From Andalucia godoyi And28 (lineage: Eukaryota > Protista > Jakobida), in contig VRVR01000007.1 of assembly GCA_009859145.1 (NCBI GenBank), positions 302,448 through 366,447 of the forward strand: a stretch of 64,000 nt of DNA, given 5' to 3'. The notes under the pieces are model-generated. The model made no database searches and had not been told where the DNA came from. It was given only the letters and a program-made list of their open reading frames with translations. Below, in pieces: positions 30,101 through 39,930 of this stretch (position 1 is the stretch's first letter; every line of letters begins with the position of its first letter). The position numbers and the translations under genes were made by a program.

Positions 30101-31421
30101 GACACAAATTGACGAAGTGAGCGCAAAAGCCGTCATTTCCGTGTCAGCTGCCGCAGCGAACGCCTCGAAGCTGTGCTGCGAAGCGGAGTGTCAGACAGAA
30201 GTCGTCTTCGAGGAGATGCGTGTCAACTTGGTGAACAAAGCCAAGGAAATTGTAGCAAAGAGGGTCCCGCCGCTTGAACAGCGGATTCGAGAATTGGAAG
30301 CCCAGCTTGCGGAACTGTCGACTCGGGCGGAGAATCTGCAAAAAGAAAAGGCGGAGATTGAAAATGTGCGTAGTGAGCTTGATTCGCGACTCAAGACATT
30401 GCAAGAAGAGAAAGACAGTGAAGCAGAGATGTTCGGCATGCGTATCAAGATGCATCAGACCAAGACGAAGAAGGAGACCGATGCTCTTCATGACGAAATC
30501 AGTCAGTTGAAGACGCATTTGGCGGCAGCGGCGGCAGCAGCTACAATCGTTTCACCCCCCTCGTTGTCAAGTGTTCCCATGCAGGATGCTTCCACGTTCT
30601 CCAAAGGGACGAAGAGGGAGCGCGAACCGTCTCCAGCCGCTGTTGGACCGCCGTCTGTTGTGATGCCGTCTGTTTCGTCGGAGCCCGTTGCGAAGAAGCT
30701 CCGTGTTGCAAACAATGCTGTATCGGCGACAGGTGTCCCAGTCCCATCTCCTGCACCCGTTCCTATTTCTGCCTCTGTTCCTTCTTCTGCTTCTGTCCCC
30801 TCTGTTGCTGTTCCTCCACAAACGGCTACCACTCCTGTGCAATCGGACGCCACGAATGGTTCTTCTCAAGGCGGGGAATCCGAAGAGGATCGCCGTCGCA
30901 AGCGAGCGGCAAAGTTTGGGAAAATTGCCGGCGCCGCCAACACCCCTCCTGTGAATACACCCGATTATGCACTTCAACCGCAGCCTGCGCCGCAGCCGCA
31001 GACGGATGTTTCCGTCGGAGATATGCGGGTACACGTTTCGACGGACGCGGCTGCTGGCGCTTCTTCCGACGATGCAGTCTTTGAGCCTGCCAAAGGAAGC
31101 CATGTCCCCGAGATTATTGAAATACCCGCAGATCAGGTGACGGTGGCTTCTGAAGACACTCCTGTGGAGATTATTCCTGCAGAGTCGGGTTCTTCTTATG
31201 TTGGTGGCTTGCGTATGCCTGGTGGTCAGGAAGACGGAGACGGGGAAGCGACACAGGAGGAAGGGCACGTCCCGGAAGATCTTCCCATCGAGGAAGTGGA
31301 CTATGCCCAAGATGAAGCAGCCGCAGAACCATATGCGGTGGAGTATGTCGACTATGCACCGGATGAGCAAACTGTTCCAAATGATGATGGTGGAGATGAC
31401 ACGATGAAAAGTGTAGAATGA
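27102..31421 (+). CDS. TPR: Nuclear basket protein TPR/Mlp1/NUA-like, ~1439 aa
   Basis: Long coiled coil containing NLRFLRREKSVAEEKL, which resembles the conserved TPR LRFIRREKEIAE segment, followed by an acidic disordered tail. An upstream exon cannot be excluded. Confidence 0.65.
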   Translation: MLISLSDLTAEILGAPEQIVLLVNNRHSGFIEDQKLRFDVLLQQRDSEIVLLKRELSSRKDLSAELAQAKDSLDEAHKLIEKLSNDCFSLQQQVRTLERAAAERDACGSRMEAEVRMAKDREGISNRELERVKSELSEGRSLMQVESARHFQQESKLQSRIFELERQVQNLSVASTRFQEQITLASQTIESLQAVIREREEQIHELQQQIVPPPRFSDLSHAELRSEIERLVTEQEQNAPLIEAREKEFQSLNKAHRMLLSQYAQLESDLERDRREARYEREQSRALRIEKDSLEKTIKQLQDDIHALTVSTSEDLGPKFAERYRTLVQRCQELSITAESAMGLARQKSHEEYAKKNEEAIRQITEMKEEREKIKKSVDLLLKQRDELLQKLTAFNGPVAPPGPASAAASQSDELKKRLEEYEKVVVPSMRSELESLSRERSSIMDMMHKLQTSLQSLQALLSDAEKRAREAEHLKALAEKDRDLAMQQRQMMHDRIAEILAAKERTEAQVDALSRMAGESEFLRKEISRMKEQGPIIEQLRQDVEFEKSRSARLEGEAAKRSLLEEENTRLKNQLIELRMKVDDLSSSLASQLEAATALETQLAERAVQIETVLADKSKYIEQLRNSQERAEFLEATLKGLLESKKSVDEIERQKTELEARFREEKIGHGRSLEGLRKVTDDLVAALNNISVLESKVGTLQSENAIMAARLFETSQMYTQQLKDRDSLLQERSQEIDRLLARIESAAIQTSTPLLAVHDGDTSVSFINSSGDYVDNLRFLRREKSVAEEKLSSARNEISLLKSRLAATEQELSQAANSVSDRLSVLEETRRQCSIFEAAASSLRMDRESLEKEVRHLRSRLTDLISSGASAALETLGKKESEWMAEKTELTNHIADLEATVHRYEDEIRVWQQRLSAAKSQIPNGVELEDMRKKLADASKLAEDHAKEVADFTARLQAQSKAVEDAQKQLEDRIKREQFLKTRIQAMREEWTAKEKDYQTQIDEVSAKAVISVSAAAANASKLCCEAECQTEVVFEEMRVNLVNKAKEIVAKRVPPLEQRIRELEAQLAELSTRAENLQKEKAEIENVRSELDSRLKTLQEEKDSEAEMFGMRIKMHQTKTKKETDALHDEISQLKTHLAAAAAAATIVSPPSLSSVPMQDASTFSKGTKREREPSPAAVGPPSVVMPSVSSEPVAKKLRVANNAVSATGVPVPSPAPVPISASVPSSASVPSVAVPPQTATTPVQSDATNGSSQGGESEEDRRRKRAAKFGKIAGAANTPPVNTPDYALQPQPAPQPQTDVSVGDMRVHVSTDAAAGASSDDAVFEPAKGSHVPEIIEIPADQVTVASEDTPVEIIPAESGSSYVGGLRMPGGQEDGDGEATQEEGHVPEDLPIEEVDYAQDEAAAEPYAVEYVDYAPDEQTVPNDDGGDDTMKSVE

Positions 31422-31517
31422 TACAGTTTCCTCCCCTCCCCAGTAATCCTTTGTTATCTTTTTGTAAATTCTACGAGTCTGTTTTTATTTTTGGACAGTC
31501 ACAATTCTTCGATTGTG

Positions 31518-31540
31518 CTCTCTCTCTCTCTCTCTCTCTC
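31518..31540. repeat. (CT)n microsatellite
   Basis: Direct reading. Confidence 0.95.
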
Positions 31541-32063
31541 CCCCCTTACTCTCTCTCTGTCTGTCTGCCTGTCTCTTTTTTTCTTCTAACTCTGTCCTCA
31601 TTCCTTCATCATCTTTACCTTCTCTCCCCCGCTTGCCCAAAGAATGGAAGAGAAAACCAACGAACAGAGAAATGGCAGAAGAAAAAGCAAAACCGCAAAA
31701 CCGAACGTCTGCTTCCGCAGCCTGCCTGCTGTAAACAAGCACAAGCATTCTCGCAAGAGCAAACAAGGTTCAAGAAAAAACATGAAAAAGCTTGGACTCA
31801 CGGATTTGAACCCCGACACACGTTCTCATGCCAGTGGAAACCAGGGGGTAGTCGCTCATCTCAACACAACAACAGCCTTTCAAATCCCCGCCATCCGGCT
31901 TCCCTCCAATTCGGTATATAAACTCTTCTTCTTTCCTCTTTCCTCTTTCTTCTCCTTTTCCTTTTTATTTTTTTACTTTACCCTTCTTTTTTATAGTATT
32001 GTTTTTCTTTATCACAAAGGTTTTTTCATTTTATAACTAACCCCAGACTAACAAACATATAAA

Positions 32064-32369
32064 ATGGCAGGACGCGGCAAGGGAGGAAAGGGACTCGGAA
32101 AGGGAGGTGCCAAGCGCCATAAGAAGGTTTTCCGTGAGACCATCTCGGGAATCACGGTCCCGGCAATCCGCCGCTTGGCTCGCCGAGGTGGTGTGAAGCG
32201 TATCTCGAAGGGAATCTACGACGAGACCCGCAAGGTCCTCAAGATGTTCCTTGAGCAGGTTATTCGCGATGCAGTCACGTACACGGAACACGGACGCCGC
32301 AAGACCGTCACTTCGCAGGACGTTGTTCTCGCTCTTAAGCGCCAGGGACGCACGCTCTATGGCTTCTAA
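32064..32369 (+). CDS. H4: Histone H4 (divergent), 101 aa
   Basis: [17 protein letters not shown] tail and histone fold; 18 substitutions versus canonical H4 and no terminal GG. Confidence 0.97.
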   Translation: MAGRGKGGKGLGKGGAKRHKKVFRETISGITVPAIRRLARRGGVKRISKGIYDETRKVLKMFLEQVIRDAVTYTEHGRRKTVTSQDVVLALKRQGRTLYGF

Positions 32370-32650
32370 GCTGTTTCTTCTTTTCCTCTCCTATTTTACT
32401 TTTTTAATTTTTTGGTTCAAGGGGCCAGGCGGAAGGAAGGTTCATCAATGTGAATGAAACTTCACTTGGTCTGCTATCTTTGATGTAACCGTCATGACGC
32501 TCCCCCTTTCTCCATGTAAATCATAAAAGCTACACCTGTACAGAACTCCAGTCTTTGTGCGTCGGTGACCGTGTCCACATGAACGGCAGCAACTAGCAAG
32601 TGTCGGAACTTGGAAGAACCCCCCTCAAAAGACAACGGAGGCTTTTATTA

Positions 32651-34621
32651 TTATGGAGAGGAGCTGGATGGAGAAGTGGGAAGAATGTCTGACCATGGGA
32701 CGCAGACGAGACAGGAAGCAAGCGAAAGAACGACACCGCAGGGCGTAGTCGCAAGTCTCGGAAATGAAATGCAAACACCGCTACCAAGTTCTCGATCGTC
32801 GGAAAAAGACACAATGTTCATCTGTTTGAACTGAGTCGCGACGAAATCAATGTGGATCACGTGCAACGCAATTTCCTGGACTTCGCCGTCGGTTTCCCGT
32901 TCACGACCGGAGAGAACAAACAGAAAGTCATTGGAAAACATTGGCTGGGAAAGCACGCGTTCGGCAGCCACGATGACTCGCTCTTCGTCTTGCTTGGTTG
33001 CTCGCTTCTTCTTCGGTTTCTTGCGACGAGGCTCCCCATCAGAGGATTCCAGATCGCCAACAGACATCGACAGCGAAATTGTGGTCAGGATATCGCCGGT
33101 GTGCAGGTCGAGGATGTCGATACCCTGCGACACAGACTTTGCGACGAACAGCCGGTTCAGCACGATGCATGTGGATGCGTTCATGTTGGCGACTGTGGAC
33201 AGCACTGGGAACATCTGGGTGCGACTCCACAGCACCCGAGTCGACACGAGGTCCACCGCGGTGAGGAACGAGGAGGAATCGTTCGTGTACTCGATGATGC
33301 ACGTCGTTGCCTGAGCACAAACGTTCAGCACGCGAGAAACACCGATCGGAAAGAAGAATACTTGTCGAACATCCTTCATCTCCAGCGATGCCACGTACAG
33401 TGGAATGTCAAACAGCGTGCTCGCGTAGAATATCAACGCACGGTCTCTCCATAGCACAATCCGTGGAAATGATAATCGTTCGGTTTGGCGCTTGGTTCGA
33501 GAAGCTGAGCACGGAAGAACGATGCGAGAGGTCTGTTCCAACGAGTCCAGTGCGTACACAAGCAGTGTTCCCAGCGACCATATCAACGCACACTGCAAGT
33601 GTCCAACGATCACCATGTCGGTGAGTTCCGCGAGGTCCACGGTAAAGGACGATTTGTTCACGTACGTAACGAGATCCGACGACGCATTGTACAACCATCG
33701 ACCGAGGGTGAACTGCTTCTTGGATTGCGCAACCGGGCAAGCAACAAGCAAACAGATGGCCACGGAGTCAGGACCAAGAGCGCTGTTCGCCGACTTTTCC
33801 TCGAACAAGCATGCATACTCACTGTACCCCCCTTGCAGCCGCGAAGCAAGTGTATGGGAACCACCCGACCAGTGATGCAGGGAGAACTCGCCAAGCTGGT
33901 TCACGGATACCACCGCATCAATGTGGTACAACGGAAACGTATCCAACCTTCCAGAAAGCAGATAGTGCCGAATGCGCAGCGGTCCCTGTTGAGGTTGGCG
34001 TCTGCGGCTGCCACTGCTGACATGGGACGATCGGGAGATCCTCTCCAGGTTTTCCGAGTCAGCTGTGTGCAAATCTGTTCTTTGCTGCTCTGGCGCATCC
34101 GGACGACCCGCTGTGGACCGGTTCTGGAACCGAAGTTCGTGCAGCATGCAGCCGGATCGTCCCGCAGAGCCTCGTCCATACGACGACGGGTAATCTTCCG
34201 GTCCAAACATCAAGCATTGCATCATTGCAGAGCACGGTCTGCTCCACAACATTGAATCATCCCGCGTTTGTTTTAAACCAACCAGCACCGCTCCTTGTCG
34301 TCCTCCTTGTTTCTGTTGTTTCTGTTGCTGGACTAGCCTACTTGGCTGAGCCGGGCCGCTTTCGACGTCTCGAATAGCATAGTTTGGATCAACGAGCGAA
34401 AGGGGAGCGAATTGCCGCACATCCATGCAACGAGCATGCGCATGATCGGACGTACGATAAAAGTCGCGGTGGAGAATGCGCGTCCATAATTGCTCTGCAG
34501 ACGACACAAAATGAGCGTGGCCAACTGATAGCAGACGAATACTCTGAACGATTTCCCCAATGTGGAGATATGACAGCACTCGCTCGACTGTCTGCGTGGG
34601 AAGTTGCTCGAACAATGACAT
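32651..34621 (-). CDS. F-box protein with a probable C-terminal beta-propeller, 656 aa
   Basis: N-terminal LFEQLPTQTVERVLSYLHIGEI...W F-box pattern; beta-rich repeats; basic NLS-like PRRKKPKKKR. Confidence 0.7.
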   Translation of the reverse strand: MSLFEQLPTQTVERVLSYLHIGEIVQSIRLLSVGHAHFVSSAEQLWTRILHRDFYRTSDHAHARCMDVRQFAPLSLVDPNYAIRDVESGPAQPSRLVQQQKQQKQGGRQGAVLVGLKQTRDDSMLWSRPCSAMMQCLMFGPEDYPSSYGRGSAGRSGCMLHELRFQNRSTAGRPDAPEQQRTDLHTADSENLERISRSSHVSSGSRRRQPQQGPLRIRHYLLSGRLDTFPLYHIDAVVSVNQLGEFSLHHWSGGSHTLASRLQGGYSEYACLFEEKSANSALGPDSVAICLLVACPVAQSKKQFTLGRWLYNASSDLVTYVNKSSFTVDLAELTDMVIVGHLQCALIWSLGTLLVYALDSLEQTSRIVLPCSASRTKRQTERLSFPRIVLWRDRALIFYASTLFDIPLYVASLEMKDVRQVFFFPIGVSRVLNVCAQATTCIIEYTNDSSSFLTAVDLVSTRVLWSRTQMFPVLSTVANMNASTCIVLNRLFVAKSVSQGIDILDLHTGDILTTISLSMSVGDLESSDGEPRRKKPKKKRATKQDEERVIVAAERVLSQPMFSNDFLFVLSGRERETDGEVQEIALHVIHIDFVATQFKQMNIVSFSDDRELGSGVCISFPRLATTPCGVVLSLASCLVCVPWSDILPTSPSSSSP

Positions 34622-34692
34622 TTTAAAATAATAAAAACAAAAAATTATTAAACGTGCTATACCATTCCATGCAATGCAGATTTTTCAAACAA

Positions 34693-34800
34693 TCATCATC
34701 GTCGTCGTCAATTCTTCATCACCACCACTGTCACCATCATCATCACCCTCACCATCATCATCGTCGTCGTCGTCGCCGTCGTTGTCGGCGGACCACCATC
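34693..34800. repeat. Mixed trinucleotide (CAT/CGT/CAC) low-complexity tract
   Basis: Direct reading, in the divergent spacer between the F-box gene and LRRC56. Confidence 0.85.
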
Positions 34801-35248
34801 AGCAACGTACAGTCCGCACTTTGCAAGTCGCAGAGAGTCGTTTTCGATTTTTGCTGTTTTAAATCAAGTCTACTGGCGGTCGTAGTGTGTAGGACCACAT
34901 CCGTTATGGGGGGTTTTTGGCTTCACGCTCTTCTCGGGAGTCTCTGACATGACAAAAGTGCATCTGTTTTCCATTTTTCAATGTTTTCGATGTTTCGGTG
35001 TTTCGATATTCTTTCCTCCGTCTTCGTTGTTCGTTCCTGTCTCACGGATTTTAATTAGAAGGCAGCGGCCGGTGGTTTTGACAGAGTGATACCAAAAGTA
35101 GACGAATATCACAGAACATTTTTCAGCACATCTCCGAGAAAGAATAGTCAGCGAAAGGGAAAAATCCACAAGCTTCAATTTCACATATATCTTGAGTTAC
35201 ATTCGTATTTGGAAATACTTCTTGTCTTGTTTTAGTTTCTCATGTCTC

Positions 35249-36613
35249 ATGTCTGAAGACTTTGAAGTCATGGAAGAGTATCTTTCCGATGCAGCGCTGA
35301 CTGAAATATGCGGAACTTCAGAATTTTCAAAGGTTCGCAAGATCGAGATGTTTGTCGACACAAACGAAAACTCTCTTTCGCAGCTTGGAGACAAGCTTCC
35401 TAGTCTTGCGGAGCTCAAGCTTTCGCATTCTGTGCTTCTAAGCATTCGAGATTTGGGGACAAGCTTGCGAAATCTGCGAGTGCTGTGGATTTCTCATTGC
35501 GGGTTGCATGATCTGGAAGGAATTGCGGCACTGCAGAACCTCACGGAGCTGTATGCAGCATTCAACAACATTGAAGATCTTTCGCCACTTACATCCATCG
35601 ACAAGCTGCAAGTCTTGGACATCGAAGGATGCAGCGTCAGTGATCCAGACTCGCTGTCGTTTCTGAGCCACTTAGATGATTTGCATACAGTTTCGGCAAT
35701 TGGAAATCCAATGGTTTCGCATCCGCAATTCAGAGACAAGATTCGCGAATACTGCCCACATGTCGATGACATTGACGCATCAATGTCGGGGGATCTGGGA
35801 TTGGATAACGAGGTTTCGCTACTCACGGATGTGATAAAGAGAATAACGCCCTCTGTTGGATCGTCTAATTCGTTTGATCCCAGGCCACCGTCATCAGTTT
35901 CGAGTTCATCTTCGACGTCGACATCATCATCCAATTCTCGATCACGACCCATGAGCGCACGGCCCGCATCTGCAAGGCCACTTTCGGCCCGCGGAAGCAA
36001 CAAGGAAATAATGATGAATGCAATGAGATCCAGCTATGCATTTGGGGAATCAAAGGCCGACGATCAGTCGTCGGATTTGACGTTTGGCACTGCGGAAGTC
36101 TTTGCCGGTAACGCTGCACGGTCACTGCGAAACAGAAAGCTGGAAAGCGCATCGGCGTCCAGTCCCACGGGCACGCAGTCGCCAAAGAATAGGGTTTTTC
36201 GATGCCTGTCTTCAAACGGTGGCAGCACGAACGCGTCGGTGTCCGCTTCCAATGAAGATGTCCTGGAAGCCATCAAGGCTGTAAAAGAGCAGGAGGAGAT
36301 CGCACTGCGGTCAAGACGACGCAGAGTCGCGATCAGTTCGGAAAGCCTGTGTGACGAGCTGGACGACGATACCGTGGATGGATTCATCTATGACGACGAC
36401 AGTGAAAATGCGGCGCCGTCTTCCATGGCCCCAATGCCGCCTCGGCCTCCCGCGTCCACATCACCACCCAGAGCTCCCCGACCGCCGTTGCCATCAAATG
36501 CGGCGAGTTCCTCAGTATCTGCTGAAAGCGGCCCTGTAGCACCGCAGGTTATGGTAGGCCGTCTGCGGCCTTCTTCAGCGCGTCAACTCAAATCGTCCCT
36601 CAATGTATCATAG
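35249..36613 (+). CDS. LRRC56: Leucine-rich repeat protein LRRC56/ODA8 (axonemal dynein assembly/transport), ~454 aa
   Basis: EMFVDTNENSLSQLGDKLPSLAELKLSHS..SIRDLGTSLRNLRVLWISHCGLHDLEGI closely matches the LRRC56 N-terminal LRRs as recalled. Confidence 0.8.
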   Translation: MSEDFEVMEEYLSDAALTEICGTSEFSKVRKIEMFVDTNENSLSQLGDKLPSLAELKLSHSVLLSIRDLGTSLRNLRVLWISHCGLHDLEGIAALQNLTELYAAFNNIEDLSPLTSIDKLQVLDIEGCSVSDPDSLSFLSHLDDLHTVSAIGNPMVSHPQFRDKIREYCPHVDDIDASMSGDLGLDNEVSLLTDVIKRITPSVGSSNSFDPRPPSSVSSSSSTSTSSSNSRSRPMSARPASARPLSARGSNKEIMMNAMRSSYAFGESKADDQSSDLTFGTAEVFAGNAARSLRNRKLESASASSPTGTQSPKNRVFRCLSSNGGSTNASVSASNEDVLEAIKAVKEQEEIALRSRRRRVAISSESLCDELDDDTVDGFIYDDDSENAAPSSMAPMPPRPPASTSPPRAPRPPLPSNAASSSVSAESGPVAPQVMVGRLRPSSARQLKSSLNVS

Positions 36614-37123
36614 TTCAGACATGCGATCAGTTTCCATCCCGATTGACGTTGTTGGAGTTTCAGCGCTTCGTGCCGCCGTTCTTCTCTTCGTTCCCTCCCC
36701 CACCTCACCCCCTTTTCTCTTATTGTGGTGTTGTTGTTGTTGTTTTTGATGTTCGCATCTTGGCAGCCCGCACAACAGTCTCTTGTCGCGACTTGCATTG
36801 AGCAAGCAGCTTTCAAATTGAATGACCGGAGGACAAAAATCCGTGTGCAAGACTTGTAGTTAAAATAAATGGATAATACAGCAAGCAATAAGTAATCAAC
36901 ACATTCATAACAATCCTTTCACAGTCGACGATTGTGAGAATAAAATCTATAAAGAAACAAGCACGCAGACACGCGGACACGCAGAAACACAGACCGACAC
37001 AAACACACACACACGCACACAAACGCACACACACACACATACATACAGCGGTGGAACAAGCAGCAGTGCCAATTCCCCTCGTTCTTTACCCCACTCGGAT
37101 GAAGAAAGCCCGCACGTCGTCGA

Positions 37124-38146
37124 CTAGTCGCTATGAAACGATTCCGAACTAGAGCGAAGATGCGCCCTTCGCTCCCGTGCCCTGTGCCTCTTCGTGATGA
37201 CATTATCGATCAAAAAGCGGAACACACGTCCAACGATGACACCAACGGGGGCCAAGACGATGTCGGACAAGAGCGAAGGTCTCGGCGTGCTTCCGGCCGT
37301 GATTGCAATCGCAAGACGAGTACCTGGATCTGCGCTGATGTGATACGTACTGAGTGCAAGTTGGTCCACAATCGACTTTGCAACGTATTCGGGATCCAGC
37401 GGCTTTCCACCCCACGAAGAAATTTCCGCACACTCCTCTGGCTTTGTTTTGTTTTCCTGATGGTATCCCGGTGTGTCTGTATCCGGTGGATACACAATGG
37501 AAACCTGCACATTGTTGGGCTTCAATTCGTTTCGGAGCACCTCTGCCAGCCCGCGAACGGCAAACTTTGCGGGCGAGTACGTCGAGAACCCACAGAACGA
37601 CAGCATTCCGGCTGTTGATGAGAAAAAGACGAGATGCATGTTCTGATTTGCCCATTCCTTTGCACGCAGTGACTTGATCTTCATATCCACAAATGCCTTT
37701 GCGACGTGCAGCGATCCAAAGTAGTCCAACTGCATGGTCTTCTGATGCACAGAGAGATCCTGGTCAGCAAAATAGCCTGGGTAAGAAAGCCCTGCACTCA
37801 TAATGATGTACGTCGGAAGCCCAAGTGCATTGCACGAAGCCGCTGCAGCAGCCTTGACCTCCTCAAAGTCACACACGTCGACAGACACCACAGACACTTT
37901 CTGCCGAGTCCGGTCCACAATCTTGTCAATCACTTCGCTGCGAGCCTCTTCCAATCGTTCCTTGTTTCGTGCAGCCAGCGTAATCGAAGCGCCGCGTCGC
38001 GCAAGCTCAATTGCCACTGCCTTTCCAATCCCAGACGACCCTCCAGACACGAACACATGCACGCCCTGGAACGACGCTCGTTGCTTAAACGGCCGGAAGT
38101 ACCAAAACAAGAACGAAATCGCACCAACAAGAGATAACAGCAGCAT
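37124..38146 (-). CDS. KDSR: 3-ketodihydrosphingosine reductase (SDR family), ~340 aa
   Basis: N-terminal TM, SGGSSGIG, YSPAKFAVRGLAEVL, VYPPDTDTPGY and E..TKPEEC, typical of FVT1/TSC10. Confidence 0.85.
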   Translation of the reverse strand: MLLLSLVGAISFLFWYFRPFKQRASFQGVHVFVSGGSSGIGKAVAIELARRGASITLAARNKERLEEARSEVIDKIVDRTRQKVSVVSVDVCDFEEVKAAAAASCNALGLPTYIIMSAGLSYPGYFADQDLSVHQKTMQLDYFGSLHVAKAFVDMKIKSLRAKEWANQNMHLVFFSSTAGMLSFCGFSTYSPAKFAVRGLAEVLRNELKPNNVQVSIVYPPDTDTPGYHQENKTKPEECAEISSWGGKPLDPEYVAKSIVDQLALSTYHISADPGTRLAIAITAGSTPRPSLLSDIVLAPVGVIVGRVFRFLIDNVITKRHRARERRAHLRSSSESFHSD

Positions 38147-38616
38147 CTCCTTTTCTAACCGAATCGCTGTAATTTTCACAAGTCGCCCCCTGTCTTCACC
38201 GCTTAACGTTTTATTAAAATATAAATATTAATTTACATCAATTATTAAAATATATACACGTACAGAAAATCCAAACCAGAAGAAAAATTTCAATTAAAAG
38301 TGAAACGACGAAAAGCAAAGTGGACCGTCTTGCATGTCTACAGCAGGTGCAGAGAGCACTTGTCTTTTTTTCCCTCTTCCGGCGTTTAAAATGCCTGGAA
38401 ACAAAAAGCACCCTCGATTCGTCCTTCATTTGTCGGGGAAATCGGGAATTTCCAAAATACTACTGCCAAAAAAACGAACGTTGGATATGCTGCAGAACGG
38501 ACATCCCGATTTAAAAAGAAGCTTGTTTTTATTAAGAAGAAAGGGGGGAAAAGGAAAGAAAGAAAGAAAGAAAGAAAGAACATCAACACAACGCACGCGC
38601 ACGCGCAGACAGAGGA

Positions 38617-39930
38617 ATGGGTAGTGTAGCAAAACTTGGCGCGAAGAAGCCGCCAACTCCACCTTTGTTGGTGGTGGATTCAAGAAGAGCGGCATCGTCA
38701 TCAACTCTATCACGGTACGACGCAATCTCGACTGCCGACCACCCACAATCGATGACTCGGTCCAATATGGCTCGACCGCCGCTATTGGCCGCTGGAGTTC
38801 GCAAGCCCTTGCCAAAACAGACTCTAAGCGACAAGCAACCGAGACCTTCTGGAATGGTCCTTTTTCAATATCCGGTCCAAGAACCGTCACCAACTTTGTC
38901 CACACACACATCGGAAGCATCTTCGTTATTGTTATCCTCTTCATCATCGTCGTCGTCTTCACTGTCTGTGTTGAGACCGAGATCCGCCTCTGCGAAAAAA
39001 TCCAATCGCGACCCCACATCGGTTCGAAAGCCAGTTGCGGCTGCTCCCCGGGAGACGACTGCTTCTATCAAACGCAAGGAGGCTGCAATGGCACGACTTG
39101 CGGCATTTTCATCATCATCGAGCAGCAATTTATCTTCTGGAGTTTCTGGTGGCGATTTGGACACGGATGGTGCTCCGAAGATTCGAGAAGAAGTGTTGTA
39201 CAGATCGCCATCATCAGGTTCACAAGGACAAGGTCGGAATAGAGCGTATACGAACCCGGATCAACGCCCGCTCCCACGCCCGCGCCCGATGGCAACCGAA
39301 GGGAACGCAGCTCGGTTGCGGATGCTGTATGAATCGATGATGGACTCGCAGCGCAATCATTCAGATGACTTGGAGGGAATTATCCAAGCATCGTCCATCT
39401 CGGCGCTAGAACTGCAGAACCAAGAAGAGCACGAGTTGGCAGTTGCGATGGCCATGTCGCTTGCAACAGCCGCCGGTCATGTGCCAAGTTATCAGCATCT
39501 GCATGGGCATCACGGTCCGTATAGTGAAGATCGATCGACCGCAGGATACTGGACAGAAGATGGCATAGAGGTCATTGACGGGTCGCGCAGTCCGGTTGCG
39601 GGCTTCGATGGTCAAGCTGCGCGAGTACTGGATGCGCCAGGCGAGTACGAGTCGTTGCTGCAGCTTGAGGATGTGAAGCAAGGGCTACGACCCGAGCGAA
39701 TTGATCAGTTTCCGATTGGAATTGTAGGAGAAACGCTGGCGCTGGATAAGATCCGAGGTGGGGAAGAGCTCGGTGCTTGCTGTGTTTGCATGGAGGAGTT
39801 CAAAGCCGGAGATGTAGTGCGCCAGCTCCCCTGTGGACACTGGGAGTTCTGCATGGACTGCATTGACAAGTGGTTCGAAGAGAACAAGAAGTGCCCTATC
39901 TGCAAGCACTGGTGCGACGAGTCCGAGTAA
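38617..39930 (+). CDS. C-terminal RING E3 ubiquitin ligase with a UIM, 437 aa
   Basis: EHELAVAMAMSLA (UIM); CCVCMEEF...LPCGHWEFCMDCIDKWFEENKKCPIC. Confidence 0.8.
   Translation: MGSVAKLGAKKPPTPPLLVVDSRRAASSSTLSRYDAISTADHPQSMTRSNMARPPLLAAGVRKPLPKQTLSDKQPRPSGMVLFQYPVQEPSPTLSTHTSEASSLLLSSSSSSSSSLSVLRPRSASAKKSNRDPTSVRKPVAAAPRETTASIKRKEAAMARLAAFSSSSSSNLSSGVSGGDLDTDGAPKIREEVLYRSPSSGSQGQGRNRAYTNPDQRPLPRPRPMATEGNAARLRMLYESMMDSQRNHSDDLEGIIQASSISALELQNQEEHELAVAMAMSLATAAGHVPSYQHLHGHHGPYSEDRSTAGYWTEDGIEVIDGSRSPVAGFDGQAARVLDAPGEYESLLQLEDVKQGLRPERIDQFPIGIVGETLALDKIRGGEELGACCVCMEEFKAGDVVRQLPCGHWEFCMDCIDKWFEENKKCPICKHWCDESE

Noticed and set aside
30567-31370. 267-aa antisense ORF over the TPR tail
   Set aside because: Antisense shadow of a GC-rich low-complexity coding region.
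31802-31812. GGTTCAAATCC (minus strand), a tRNA T-loop/B-box-like word
   Set aside because: The T-stem has mismatches and no acceptor stem, D arm or anticodon arm can be built.
38444-38453. Perfect kB-like site GGGAATTTCC
   Set aside because: No reason to expect Rel/NF-kB in this organism; better explained as part of the recurrent AAATCGGGA motif cluster.
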